Below are positions 29,913 through 39,889 of a stretch of DNA of 64,000 nt, in pieces; the first letter of the stretch is position 1, and the number at the start of each line of letters is the position of its first letter. Origin of the DNA: a bacterium. Its GTDB lineage: Bacteria; UBA10199; 2-02-FULL-44-16; JAAZCA01. The notes beneath the pieces were generated by a model. The model ran no database searches and had not been told where the DNA came from. It saw nothing but the letters and a program-made list of their open reading frames with translations. Made by a program: the position numbers and the translations under genes. The stretch spans positions 352,001 through 416,000 of the forward strand of contig CAXXGI010000002.1 in the NCBI GenBank assembly GCA_963674695.2, read 5' to 3'.

Positions 29913-30740
29913 ATGTTCAGGAATACAAATGGGGGGATCGGCAAGGTTGTGCTGATCATTCTGGGGTCGGTGGCCATCGTTCTGGCGATCCTTATCACCA
30001 TCGGAATGTGGCATACCTCGGGCATGAAGGAGAATGCCGACGCCTTCTTCGCGGCGCTCCGATCCGGAGATTATACGGGCGCTTATGCGCTGACGTCCGC
30101 CTCGTTTCGTGAGGCCACGAGCGTTGAAGAGCTGAAGGCACGCATGGAGGGAGCCCCAATTGTCGGCGTCGAGTGGGGCTCGGAGCACTCGATGGACGGC
30201 GACAAGAAGCGGCTGGATGCCGAATTCATCATGAAAAGCGGCGCCAGGGCACCGATCAGCGTGACCATGGTCCGGGAGGGTAATGCGTGGAAGGTCTTCG
30301 CCATCGATCCGCGCGTGGCGGAAGAGAAACCGAAGGCCGATGAGGGCGACGACGAAGCGCTCGAGGGATCTTCATGGGGCGTCAACTGGTCGACCGCACG
30401 GATTGCCGATGCCTTTCTGACCAAATCGATCGACGACCCCAATGCGATTACGAAGGAGAATCGCTTTTCGTCCGATATAGAGAAGATCTATTGCGCGGTG
30501 AAGCTGGCCAACGCGCCCGAAGATACGGAAGTGACCGCGCGCTGGATATTCCAGGGGGGAGAGGGCAGCGATCTCAAGGATTATGAGATCGGGACGGTCA
30601 CGCAGCCCTCGAAGGGCGATGCCTATCTCACGTTCATCGTCACGCGCCCCGAAGGGGGATTTCCCAAGGGGGACTACATCGTCAAGCTCTTCATCAACGG
30701 CAAGAAGAGGGAGAAGGTATCGTTCACGATAGGGGAATGA
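29913..30740 (+). CDS. Hypothetical membrane-anchored periplasmic protein
   Basis: N-terminal TM, NTF2-like helical/beta region, C-terminal Ig-like region (PKGDYIVKLFING). Confidence 0.75.
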   Translation: MFRNTNGGIGKVVLIILGSVAIVLAILITIGMWHTSGMKENADAFFAALRSGDYTGAYALTSASFREATSVEELKARMEGAPIVGVEWGSEHSMDGDKKRLDAEFIMKSGARAPISVTMVREGNAWKVFAIDPRVAEEKPKADEGDDEALEGSSWGVNWSTARIADAFLTKSIDDPNAITKENRFSSDIEKIYCAVKLANAPEDTEVTARWIFQGGEGSDLKDYEIGTVTQPSKGDAYLTFIVTRPEGGFPKGDYIVKLFINGKKREKVSFTIGE

Positions 30741-30812
30741 AGCCGCTTGGCCTCATGAAAACGGCGTGATACAAAGGGGGAGCAGAGCCCCTCTACCTAT
30801 GGAGTTCATCCT

Positions 30813-33173
30813 ATGCTGCACAAAGAACGCATCAAATTGCCTGAATATATCTATCCGCCGGATCAGTGGCGCCTGGTGGAGACGCAGTTCGATCTCCAGT
30901 TTCTGGAGACGACCGAGAGTCTCTTCTCGGTTTCCAACGGCTATCTGGGCATTCGCGGCGCGCCCGAGGAGGGGCGTCCCGCCTATTGCAACGGCACCTA
31001 TATCAATGGGTTCTACGAATCCTGGCCGATGATCCACGCTGAGGAGGCCTACGGATTTGCCCAGACCGGTCAGTCGATCATCAACGTGCCCGGCGCCAAG
31101 GTGATTCGCCTCTATGTTGACGACGAGCCGCTGGATCTGTCCAAGGCCAACCTGCTGCACTACGAGCGCGCGCTCAACATGCAGGAGGGTACGCTCGACC
31201 GCAACATTCTCTGGGAGACGCCGGCGGGCAAAAAGATCCAACTGCGCACGCGTCGACTCATCTCCTTTCCGGATCGACATCTGGGGCTCCTCCTCCTCGA
31301 GGTCATGGCGCTCGACGCGCATGCCTCCATCGATCTCTCGTCGAAGATCGTTATGTCCAGCTCTGCGCGCGGGGCGACGAATGACCCGCGAAAGGGGCGA
31401 TCTCTGGGAGAGAATGCGCTCGATATGGAGCCCTACCGTGAGCAGGATGTGCGCATCATGATGGGGTATCGCACCAAATCGAGCGGCATGACGCTCGCCT
31501 GCGGAATGGATCACGTCTTGACGACCGATTGCCGATATACGGTGAGCACCGAACATTCGGAGGAGCTGGCCAAGGTCGTCTTCTCCATCGATGCACAACC
31601 GAACGTTCCCATCCAGCTCGCCAAATTCATCACGTATCACTCCTCGCATGGGGCGCCGACGCGCGACCTCTGTTCGCGGGTGGGGCGTACGCTCGATCGC
31701 GCTATTCACCGTGGAATCGATGTCATCCAACAGGAGCAGCGCGAGTACTTGGACGATTTCTGGCGGCGCAGCGACATTCGCATCGAGGGGGATGTCACGT
31801 TGCAGCAGGCGATGCGCTGGAATCTCTTCCAGATCCTCCAGGCCACGGGGCGTGCGGATCATACGGGCGTTCCCGCCAAGGGGCTCACGGGGCAAGGGTA
31901 CGACGGCCACTACTTTTGGGATACCGAGATCTATGTGATGCCGTTTCTCATCTATACCGCGCCCCGCATTGCTCGAAATCTTCTCCTCTTCCGGCACAGC
32001 ATGTTGGACAAGGCCAGGTTGCGTGCAGCGCAGGTCAATCAGAAGGGGGCGCTCTTTCCTTGGCGCACGATCAACGGCGACGATGCCTCCGGCTACTATG
32101 CGGCGGGGACGGCGCAATATCACATCAATGCCGACATCATGTATGCGTTGCGCAAATATGTCGACATCACGAATGATACGTCATTTCTGTACGAGTATGG
32201 CGCCGAGATGCTCGTGGAGACCGCGCGCCTCTGGGCCGACCTGGGGTTTTTCAACGACCGCAGGGACGGCAAGTTTTGCATTCACGGTGTGACCGGCCCC
32301 GATGAATACAACACGGTGGTGAACAACAATACCTATACCAATCTCATGGCGCGCGAGAACCTCTGGTATGCGGCCGAGACGGTGCGCACGATGCAGCGCG
32401 ATTGCCCGAAGCTCTTTGCGGAGCTTGCGGACAAGACGCACCTCGATCTCACTGAAGTCGATGAGTGGCAGCGCGCGGCCGATCAGATGTATATTCCTTA
32501 CGACCAGAAGCTCAGTATCCATCTGCAGGACGACGAGTTTTTGGACAAGGAGGAATGGGATTTCAAAGATACTCCGGCCGATCACTATCCGCTGCTGCTG
32601 CACTATCATCCGCTCGTCATCTATCGTCACCGGGTGATCAAGCAGGCCGACATCGTGTTGGCGATGTTTCTTCTGGAACATGAGTTTTCGCATGATCTCA
32701 AAAAACGCAATTTCGAATACTACGATCCGCTGACCACGGGCGACTCGTCGCTCTCCGTCTGTATTCAGAGTATGGTTGCCTTCGAGTGTGGTCACATCGA
32801 GCGGGCGCGGGAGTATGCCTGGTATGCGGCGCGCATGGATCTCGCGGATATCCACGGAAATGTGAAAGAGGGTTGCCATATCGCTTCGATGGGTGGCACC
32901 TGGATGACCATCGTCTATGGTTTTGCCGGGCTGCGCGATTTCGGCGGTCGCATCGCCTTCAACCCGGTCGTGCCCAAACGCGAGGGCTCCATCACCATTC
33001 CGCTCACGGTGCGTGGATCTTTCTTCGAGGTGACGCTCGACGGTGCAAGCCAGACGATCACCTATGAACTCAAGGAGGGCGGTGACCTTGTGATCGTCGA
33101 TCAGGGTGAAGGGATCATGCTCACGAAGGGCCAACCCATCACGAACGAGATCAAAAAGCGGCAGTACGAGTAG
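30813..33173 (+). CDS. Glycoside hydrolase family 65 (trehalose/maltose phosphorylase-like)
   Basis: AKGLTGQGYDGHYFWDTE, GPDEY, IKQAD and TTGDSSLS. Confidence 0.95.
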   Translation: MLHKERIKLPEYIYPPDQWRLVETQFDLQFLETTESLFSVSNGYLGIRGAPEEGRPAYCNGTYINGFYESWPMIHAEEAYGFAQTGQSIINVPGAKVIRLYVDDEPLDLSKANLLHYERALNMQEGTLDRNILWETPAGKKIQLRTRRLISFPDRHLGLLLLEVMALDAHASIDLSSKIVMSSSARGATNDPRKGRSLGENALDMEPYREQDVRIMMGYRTKSSGMTLACGMDHVLTTDCRYTVSTEHSEELAKVVFSIDAQPNVPIQLAKFITYHSSHGAPTRDLCSRVGRTLDRAIHRGIDVIQQEQREYLDDFWRRSDIRIEGDVTLQQAMRWNLFQILQATGRADHTGVPAKGLTGQGYDGHYFWDTEIYVMPFLIYTAPRIARNLLLFRHSMLDKARLRAAQVNQKGALFPWRTINGDDASGYYAAGTAQYHINADIMYALRKYVDITNDTSFLYEYGAEMLVETARLWADLGFFNDRRDGKFCIHGVTGPDEYNTVVNNNTYTNLMARENLWYAAETVRTMQRDCPKLFAELADKTHLDLTEVDEWQRAADQMYIPYDQKLSIHLQDDEFLDKEEWDFKDTPADHYPLLLHYHPLVIYRHRVIKQADIVLAMFLLEHEFSHDLKKRNFEYYDPLTTGDSSLSVCIQSMVAFECGHIERAREYAWYAARMDLADIHGNVKEGCHIASMGGTWMTIVYGFAGLRDFGGRIAFNPVVPKREGSITIPLTVRGSFFEVTLDGASQTITYELKEGGDLVIVDQGEGIMLTKGQPITNEIKKRQYE

Positions 33174-33184
33174 GGAGAGAACGA

Positions 33185-35779
33185 ATGATGTCCGAGTGCC
33201 ATTGCTCCAATTGGATCATTCTTAAATTTGGCGGTACCAGTGTCACCTCCCGTGCATGTTGGGAGACGATCGCTGGTGTCGCACGCCAGCGCCTGGCCGA
33301 GGGTCTGCGTCCGGTCATCGTCTGTTCGGCGCTCGCCGGTGTCTCCGATCAGCTCGAATGTCTCATCGCGGAAGCGCTCGTCGGGCGGCAGGAGCCGGTG
33401 CTTGCTCAGCTCATCGAACGGCATCTCTCCTTCGCGCGCGAGTTGGGCGTGGAGGAATCGATCGTGCAGGAACCGCTCGATGCGCTGGGGCGAATCGCCC
33501 AGGGCATGGCGCTCACGCGCGAGGTGAGCCCAAAGCTCAAGGCGCAGGTGATGTCGCAGGGAGAGTTGCTCTCCACACGCCTGGGCGCAGCCTTTCTGAA
33601 ACAGCAGGGCCTTGCGTCCGACTGGCGCGATGCGCGCGAACTCATCGGTGCGAGCGAGATGGTCGGCAGCGAACAGCGCCGCTATCTGGCGGCTTCCTGT
33701 GCCACCGATACGGATGAAGGGCTTGCCGCTGCACTCGAAGGTTCGGGAGAGGGTGTGGTCGTCACGCAGGGCTTCATCGCGGCCAACGCCCAGGGCGAGA
33801 CGGTCCTGCTCGGCCGGGGTGGGTCGGACATCAGCGCGGCCGTCTTCGCCACGAAGCTCGGGGCGACCCGCTGCGAGATCTGGACCGATGTGCCGGGGCT
33901 CTTCACCGCCGATCCGCGCCGCATTCCGCAGGCGCGGCTATTGCTCCACCTGGGCTATGACGAGGCGCAGGAGATCGCGTCGTTCGGGGCAAAGGTGTTA
34001 CACCCGAAGACGATTGCACCGCTCAAGCGTCACGATATCCCGATCGTCATTCGCTGGATGGAGCGGCCCGACTTTTCCGGAACCGTTATCTCTGCGGATG
34101 CCACGGCCAGCGAGGCGCAGGTCAAGGCGATCTCGGCCAAGCGCGGAATCACCGTCGTCTCGATGGAGACGGTCGAGATGTGGCATCAGGTGGGTTTCCT
34201 CGCGCAGGTCTTCGATTGTTTTCGGCAACACGGACTCTCGGTCGATCTGGTTTCGAGCTCCGAGACCAACATCACCGTCACCATCGACAACCTCGCCAAT
34301 GCGCTCGATCCCGAATCAGTTCGCGCTCTCGTGGCGGACCTCAAGCGTTTCTGCCAGCCGCGTGTCGTGGACAACTGCGCGATGGTCAGCCTTGTCGGTC
34401 GGCATATTCGTTCCATCCTTCATGAGGTCGGGCCGGCGCTCGCGGTCTTTGCCGAGCAGCGCATCTATATGCTCTCGCAGGCGGCCAACGACTTGAACCT
34501 CACCTGCGTGGTTGACGAGGATCAGGCAACGCCGCTCGCAGCTGAACTGCACGCAAAACTCTTCGGTGGTCGCGGCGAGGATGGGCTCTTGGGTCCCTCC
34601 TGGCAGGAACTCTTCGAGCCGTGCCCAAAGCCGGCTGCACCCATGCGGCAAGCATGGTGGCGCCATCGTGCCGATGAACTCATCGCGCTGGCCCACCAGG
34701 AGAGCCCGCGCTACGTCTATGATGCGGCGGATATCTCTGCGGCGATCGAACGCCTCCAGGGCCTGCGCTCGATCGACCGGATCTTCTATTCGGTGAAGGC
34801 GAACAACTGTCCCGATGTGCTGGAGTTGATCGAGCAGAAAGGGATTGGATTCGAATGTGTCTCCGCGGCTGAGATCGATCTGATCATCGAGTGCTTTCCC
34901 GGCATCGATGTCCGGCGCATGCTCTTTACGCCCAACTTCGTTGGGCGCGCCGAATATGAACGGGCCTTTGCCATCGGCACTTGGGTGACCCTCGACAACC
35001 TCTATCCGCTCGAGGCGTGGCCCGATCTCTTCCGCGGCCGCGATATCTTTGTGCGCCTCGATCCGGGAAAGGGTCGTGGACATCACGAATACGTGCATAC
35101 CGCAGGCACGAAGAGCAAGTTCGGCATTCCGCCCATGCAGTTCGACGCGTTGGAAGAGGCGGTCCGCAGAAGCGGTGCGCATGTGGTGGGCCTGCATGCA
35201 CACGTGGGGAGCAATATTCACGAACCGGAGACCTGGTCCGAGGTGGCGCTCTTCCTGGCGCATGCGGCCGAGCGTTTTCCCGATGTGTCGGTTCTCGATA
35301 TGGGCGGAGGGCTTGGCGTAATCGAGCAGTCGGGACAGTCGGCGCTCGATCTGGCGAAGGTGGATGAAGCGCTGGCCGCCGTGCGTCGCGTGTATCCGCG
35401 CTTCGCGTTCTGGGTAGAGCCTGGGCGATATATCGTGGCCGAGTCTGGGGTGTTGCTCGCGCGCGTGACACAGACCAAGCACAAGGGCGAGCAATTCTAT
35501 GTCGGCGTCGATGCGGGGATGAACGCGCTCATTCGCCCCGCGCTCTATGGGGCGCATCATGAAATCGTCAATCTCTCGCGTCTGAATGAAACGCCCAATT
35601 GCGTGGCTACCGTGGTGGGCCCGATCTGCGAATCCGGCGATATTCTTGGGTATGAACGGACGATGCCCACGCCGCAGGAGGGGGACGTGCTGCTCGTCGC
35701 GGCGACGGGCGCCTATGGGCGGGTGATGAGTTCGACCTACAATCGGCGCGCGCTCGTGTCGGAATATCTGCTGACGTAG
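33185..35779 (+). CDS. Bifunctional aspartate kinase / diaminopimelate decarboxylase
   Basis: KFGGTS, LGRGGSD and ACT domains fused to YSVKAN, HVGS, EPGRY and GPICESGD. Confidence 0.95.
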   Translation: MMSECHCSNWIILKFGGTSVTSRACWETIAGVARQRLAEGLRPVIVCSALAGVSDQLECLIAEALVGRQEPVLAQLIERHLSFARELGVEESIVQEPLDALGRIAQGMALTREVSPKLKAQVMSQGELLSTRLGAAFLKQQGLASDWRDARELIGASEMVGSEQRRYLAASCATDTDEGLAAALEGSGEGVVVTQGFIAANAQGETVLLGRGGSDISAAVFATKLGATRCEIWTDVPGLFTADPRRIPQARLLLHLGYDEAQEIASFGAKVLHPKTIAPLKRHDIPIVIRWMERPDFSGTVISADATASEAQVKAISAKRGITVVSMETVEMWHQVGFLAQVFDCFRQHGLSVDLVSSSETNITVTIDNLANALDPESVRALVADLKRFCQPRVVDNCAMVSLVGRHIRSILHEVGPALAVFAEQRIYMLSQAANDLNLTCVVDEDQATPLAAELHAKLFGGRGEDGLLGPSWQELFEPCPKPAAPMRQAWWRHRADELIALAHQESPRYVYDAADISAAIERLQGLRSIDRIFYSVKANNCPDVLELIEQKGIGFECVSAAEIDLIIECFPGIDVRRMLFTPNFVGRAEYERAFAIGTWVTLDNLYPLEAWPDLFRGRDIFVRLDPGKGRGHHEYVHTAGTKSKFGIPPMQFDALEEAVRRSGAHVVGLHAHVGSNIHEPETWSEVALFLAHAAERFPDVSVLDMGGGLGVIEQSGQSALDLAKVDEALAAVRRVYPRFAFWVEPGRYIVAESGVLLARVTQTKHKGEQFYVGVDAGMNALIRPALYGAHHEIVNLSRLNETPNCVATVVGPICESGDILGYERTMPTPQEGDVLLVAATGAYGRVMSSTYNRRALVSEYLLT

Positions 35780-35814
35780 AACGTGTCGGAAAGTAATGAT
35801 TGTAATGATTTTTT

Positions 35815-35881
35815 TCATTCCCGCGAAAGCGGGAATCTCGAAGTGTTTGAAAGATCGAGATTCCCGCTTTTGCGGGAATGA
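35815..35881. repeat. REP doublet of ATTCCC-N8-GGGAAT palindromes within a ~130-bp repeated element
   Basis: TCATTCCCGCGAAAGCGGGAATCTCGA / TCGAGATTCCCGCTTTTGCGGGAATGA; homologous to 51707-51775. Confidence 0.85.
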
Positions 35882-35929
35882 CAGCAAAAGCCAATTTCCC
35901 ACTCTTGGATGACAGGGTCAGCTCATCGA

Positions 35930-37174
35930 TCATTTCTTCAATCGCTGAAAGAGGTTTTTCATCAACGCATCGCTGTCGATCTTGTCGCCGAGCAACGCGA
36001 GTGCCAAGACCTCGCCGCCCAGGATCTGTGGCGAGATCACGAGATCCGGTTTGACCCGTCGCACGCGGTTCAAATTCTTGGAGTCGCTGACAGAGATGAC
36101 CGTCTTGTGCCCCCCCTCGAGTTCCTTCGCGGCAAGGATGACGAAGGCGTTCTCTGCGTCGTCGTTGCCCAGCGCCATGACGGCCGCCGCGCGATCCGCG
36201 CAGGCGTTTTTGAGCACGTCGGTGTCGCTGCCGTCGCCGACGATGATGTCGTCGTTATCGAACATCGAGTGCTCCGGCGCCGTAGCCAGGATCATGCTGA
36301 CCTGCTGTCCCTTCGTTCGAAAAATCTTGTAGCTGTTGCGCGCAAGCGCTGAGTCACCCACGATGATGAAGTGATTGGAGCGTTCCATGGTCTGTTTCCC
36401 TCGCTGCAAGAGGCGTCGAAGATGATTGTTGAAGATGGGCAGGACGATTGTACTCAATGTAGTGGCAAAGACCGTGATGCCCAGCACGATGATCGAGACG
36501 ACGAAGAGCCGTGCCTTTTCCGTGATGGGGGCGATATCGCCGTAGCCCACCGTCGACATCGTCTCCACGGCGAAATAGAAGGCGGTGGTGAGGGTGGTGA
36601 TGTGCGGTTCGAACTGATCGCCGAGTTTGAGCGCCACGAGCACGGCATATCCCATGAGGAGAATGAGGCTGGTGACGGCAAAGATCGTGGTCGAGGCGAT
36701 GCTTCGTTTTTGAAAGACATGCCGATAGAAGACGAGTGGCACGAGCAGCAGGATGTCCGAGGTGATGAGGGCTGCACGATTGTGGCCGCTGTGCGTGAGG
36801 AGATCGATGGCGATGCTGATGCAGAGGAAGATCACCGTGATGATCCAGGCGAACTGCGAACGCAGCAGGATGCCCACGGACATGACGATGAGGATGAGGG
36901 CGGGGACCGCCTGTGGCAGGCCCGTCATGTCGAAGGCCATCATCTGGTTGGCGGCGGTCTCGACGTCCTTCGTGAGCAGATCCCAGCCGATGTTATGGAG
37001 CGGAACGTGCACCAGATGGATGATGCCGAGGATCGCCACCGCCACCGCGAGCGGCAGATGCGGGAACCAGGTATGCAGATAGAGACGCCGGCTGATCGCG
37101 TTCAGGCGCTGTGAAAAACGACGTCCTGCAAGCAGGAAGCGCTGCGGCGCTGTTTTCGGCTTGGTATGCGGCAT
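35930..37174 (-). CDS. kch: Potassium channel Kch-like with RCK/TrkA-N domain
   Basis: TVGYGD selectivity filter; C-terminal HFIIVG...DAENAFVILAAKE. Confidence 0.88.
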   Translation of the reverse strand: MPHTKPKTAPQRFLLAGRRFSQRLNAISRRLYLHTWFPHLPLAVAVAILGIIHLVHVPLHNIGWDLLTKDVETAANQMMAFDMTGLPQAVPALILIVMSVGILLRSQFAWIITVIFLCISIAIDLLTHSGHNRAALITSDILLLVPLVFYRHVFQKRSIASTTIFAVTSLILLMGYAVLVALKLGDQFEPHITTLTTAFYFAVETMSTVGYGDIAPITEKARLFVVSIIVLGITVFATTLSTIVLPIFNNHLRRLLQRGKQTMERSNHFIIVGDSALARNSYKIFRTKGQQVSMILATAPEHSMFDNDDIIVGDGSDTDVLKNACADRAAAVMALGNDDAENAFVILAAKELEGGHKTVISVSDSKNLNRVRRVKPDLVISPQILGGEVLALALLGDKIDSDALMKNLFQRLKK

Positions 37175-37317
37175 GCGTTCCTCGATGTTTCCCCTCATGG
37201 ATACCTCAGGATGAAAGGCGCGTCGAGGCCGATTTTTATTTGAGCCCTGCGCGCGAGAGGTCTATAGTTGTCGGCATATCGGTCGCGGGCAATTTTTTCG
37301 AGAAAGAGAGAGGTCAC

Positions 37318-37785
37318 ATGGGAGAGGAACAGAGCACTCAGATTCGACGCTGGAAGAGGGATGAGCGCGATGCGTGGGAACGACTCTTTCGCGCCTACGT
37401 CTTCGACTTCTATAAGATGTCGGTTACCGACGAGACGGTCGATGCCACCTGGCAGCGTCTGCTCGACGAACAGGATGCCGAGGTGCAGGGTTTGGGTGCC
37501 TTCAATGCGAGCGGCACGGCCGTGGGTCTGGTGCACTATCTGCCGCAATCGACCTGCTGGGATACGCGCCGGATCTGCTACCTCGAGGATCTCTTCGTCC
37601 TGCCGGAGTGTCGTGGCGAGCATGTGGGGCGAGCGCTCGTCGAGGCAGTCTATGCCGAAGCGAGAAAGAACGGCTGGGCCAAGGTCTTCTGGGAGACGCA
37701 GGAGTTCAATCACCTGGGCCGCATCCTCTACGACGAGCTCGCGGTCAAATCCGACTTCATCGTCTATGAGAAGGAGATCGACTGA
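37318..37785 (+). CDS. GNAT N-acetyltransferase
   Basis: CYLEDLFV..CRGEHVGRAL and N..GRILYD. Confidence 0.9.
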   Translation: MGEEQSTQIRRWKRDERDAWERLFRAYVFDFYKMSVTDETVDATWQRLLDEQDAEVQGLGAFNASGTAVGLVHYLPQSTCWDTRRICYLEDLFVLPECRGEHVGRALVEAVYAEARKNGWAKVFWETQEFNHLGRILYDELAVKSDFIVYEKEID

Positions 37786-37799
37786 GCCAGGAGCGACCG

Positions 37800-38570
37800 A
37801 TGAACCTGCCCGAACTGAAGACGCATTTTCCTCGACTGCATCGCTTGCAGCAACGCATCTGGGATCACCCTATTCATTGGCGGTCGATGCTCCTGCGCGT
37901 CGGCCTGGGTGCGGCGGCATTGGCCGTCGTTATCTTTCTCGGGGCGCTCTGGGGCGAGCACATTCCCGCAGTCGAGGCCTTCATTCGCGAGATCGGCATC
38001 TGGGGTCCGATCGTCTTCATCGTTCTCTTTGTCGTCACCATGCCCTTCTTTGTTCCGAACGCGGGGTTTGCCATGGCCGCCGGCGCGCTCTTCGGCCTCT
38101 GGTGGGGAACGGTCTATATCGTCCTGGCCGGACTCATCGCCGAGATGATCCTTTTCACGGCGGGTCATCACTTTTTGCGCGCTCCGGTCGAGCGGTGGTT
38201 GCAAAAATATCCGAAGCTCCTGGCCATCCGTGGTGCGCTCATCAAACAGCCGGTCAAGTTGATGATCCTGCTGCGCCTCTCCCCGCTGCCGTTCACGCCG
38301 ATCTGCTACATGATGTCGACCACGCGCGTGACCTATCGCCAGTACCTCATCGGTTTTTTGGGTTACATCCCCGGAAACTTCGTCACCGTCTATTTCGGTT
38401 TCGTCGCCAAACACGTCGCCAAGGCGGCAGGGCACGCCGACGACCTCTCGCCTGAGCAGCTCGTTCTCGCCATCGTCGGGCTGACGGCCTCGGTGATCCT
38501 CATCACCTATGTCTCGCGCGTCTCCAAACGCGCGCTCGAGCAGGTGCAGCGTTCGGAGGACGCTGCGTAA
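37800..38570 (+). CDS. TVP38/TMEM64 (VTT/DedA) family membrane protein
   Basis: AAGALFG and LLRLSPLPF motifs. Confidence 0.88.
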   Translation: MNLPELKTHFPRLHRLQQRIWDHPIHWRSMLLRVGLGAAALAVVIFLGALWGEHIPAVEAFIREIGIWGPIVFIVLFVVTMPFFVPNAGFAMAAGALFGLWWGTVYIVLAGLIAEMILFTAGHHFLRAPVERWLQKYPKLLAIRGALIKQPVKLMILLRLSPLPFTPICYMMSTTRVTYRQYLIGFLGYIPGNFVTVYFGFVAKHVAKAAGHADDLSPEQLVLAIVGLTASVILITYVSRVSKRALEQVQRSEDAA

Positions 38571-38585
38571 ACGGAGGGAAGGAAG

Positions 38586-39710
38586 ATGATGCCTCAATCT
38601 CGCGCGGAAAAGACGGTTCGGAATCTCCTCACATCGGCAGGAATCGCTATCGACGGCACCGAGCCCTGGGACATGACGGTGCATGATGCGCACGTCTATT
38701 CGCGACTGCTCGCCGATGGCGTCCTGGGACTTGGTGAGACCTATATGGAGCGCGGCTGGGATTGTCAGCGCGTCGATGAACTCATCTGCCGCATGCTGCG
38801 CGCCGGCCTGGAAGAGAAAGTGCGTGCGAGCGCGAAGCTCATCCTCCAGGTCGTGCGTACCAAGCTCATCAATCCCCAGACGATCACGCGCTCGCGGGAG
38901 GTGGGGCGTCGCCATTATGATGTGGGCAACGACCTCTATGCCCACATGCTCGATGACGATATGACCTACACCTGTGGCTACTGGAAGGATGCCGAGACGC
39001 TCGATCAAGCGCAGCAGGACAAACTCAAACTCGTCTGCGACAAAATCGGTATCGAGCGAGGCATGCGTGTCCTGGATATCGGCTGTGGGTGGGGATCGTT
39101 TGCACGCTATGCCGCAAAACGCTACGGCGCGCAGGTGGTGGGCATCACCATCTCGAAGGAACAGGCGTGTCTTGCCACCGAGCGCTGCCGCGGCCTGCCC
39201 GTCGAGATCCGCTTTCAGGATTACCGCGAGGTGGACGAGCGATTCGATCGCGTCGTATCCTTGGGGATGTTCGAACACGTCGGTCCTCGGAACTATCGTG
39301 CGTATATGCAAAAAACCTGTGCGTGCCTCGATGAAGGTGGCATGTGCATGCTGCACACGATTGCGGCCAACACGACGCTGCAAACGATGAACCCCTGGAT
39401 CGAACGCTATATTTTTCCGAAGAGCAAACTCCCCTCGCTCAAGCAGATCATGGATGCCGTCGAGGGATGTTTCATCGTCGAGGACTGCCACAACTTCGGC
39501 CCCGACTACGACCGGACGCTCATGGCCTGGCATCACAACATCACCGCTGCCTGGGATCGTCTGTGCGATCATTACGACGATCGCTTCCAGCGCATGTGGA
39601 ACTTCTATCTCCTCTCCTGCGCAGGGGCCTTCCGCGCCCGCGACATCCAGCTCTGGCAGATCGTCCTGTCCAAAGGGGGAATCCCCGGCGGCTATCGCTC
39701 GATACGGTGA
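38586..39710 (+). CDS. cfa: Cyclopropane fatty acyl phospholipid synthase
   Basis: HYDVGNDLY, MTYTCGYW, LDIGCGWG, GMFEHVG and QLWQ. Confidence 0.95.
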   Translation: MMPQSRAEKTVRNLLTSAGIAIDGTEPWDMTVHDAHVYSRLLADGVLGLGETYMERGWDCQRVDELICRMLRAGLEEKVRASAKLILQVVRTKLINPQTITRSREVGRRHYDVGNDLYAHMLDDDMTYTCGYWKDAETLDQAQQDKLKLVCDKIGIERGMRVLDIGCGWGSFARYAAKRYGAQVVGITISKEQACLATERCRGLPVEIRFQDYREVDERFDRVVSLGMFEHVGPRNYRAYMQKTCACLDEGGMCMLHTIAANTTLQTMNPWIERYIFPKSKLPSLKQIMDAVEGCFIVEDCHNFGPDYDRTLMAWHHNITAAWDRLCDHYDDRFQRMWNFYLLSCAGAFRARDIQLWQIVLSKGGIPGGYRSIR

Positions 39711-39845
39711 AGACCGTATCCGAGTGACCAGGGGCTGGGTGTTCAAATAGTGACGCGATTGGGTTCATTTTTACCCATCTCCGTGGGCCGATCCATATAA
39801 CCCCCTGTATTAATTGGTCATTTGTTTTCATTCTCCTCGAATAGT

Positions 39846-39861
39846 TGGCGCAATTTATGCA
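39846..39861 (+). promoter_or_regulatory. Putative sigma54 promoter
   Basis: TGGCGC-AATTT-ATGCA with correctly spaced -24 GG and -12 GC, about 30 nt before the start of the large surface protein gene. Confidence 0.5.
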
Positions 39862-39889
39862 TCCTTCATAGAGAGTCAGGGGGATATCT

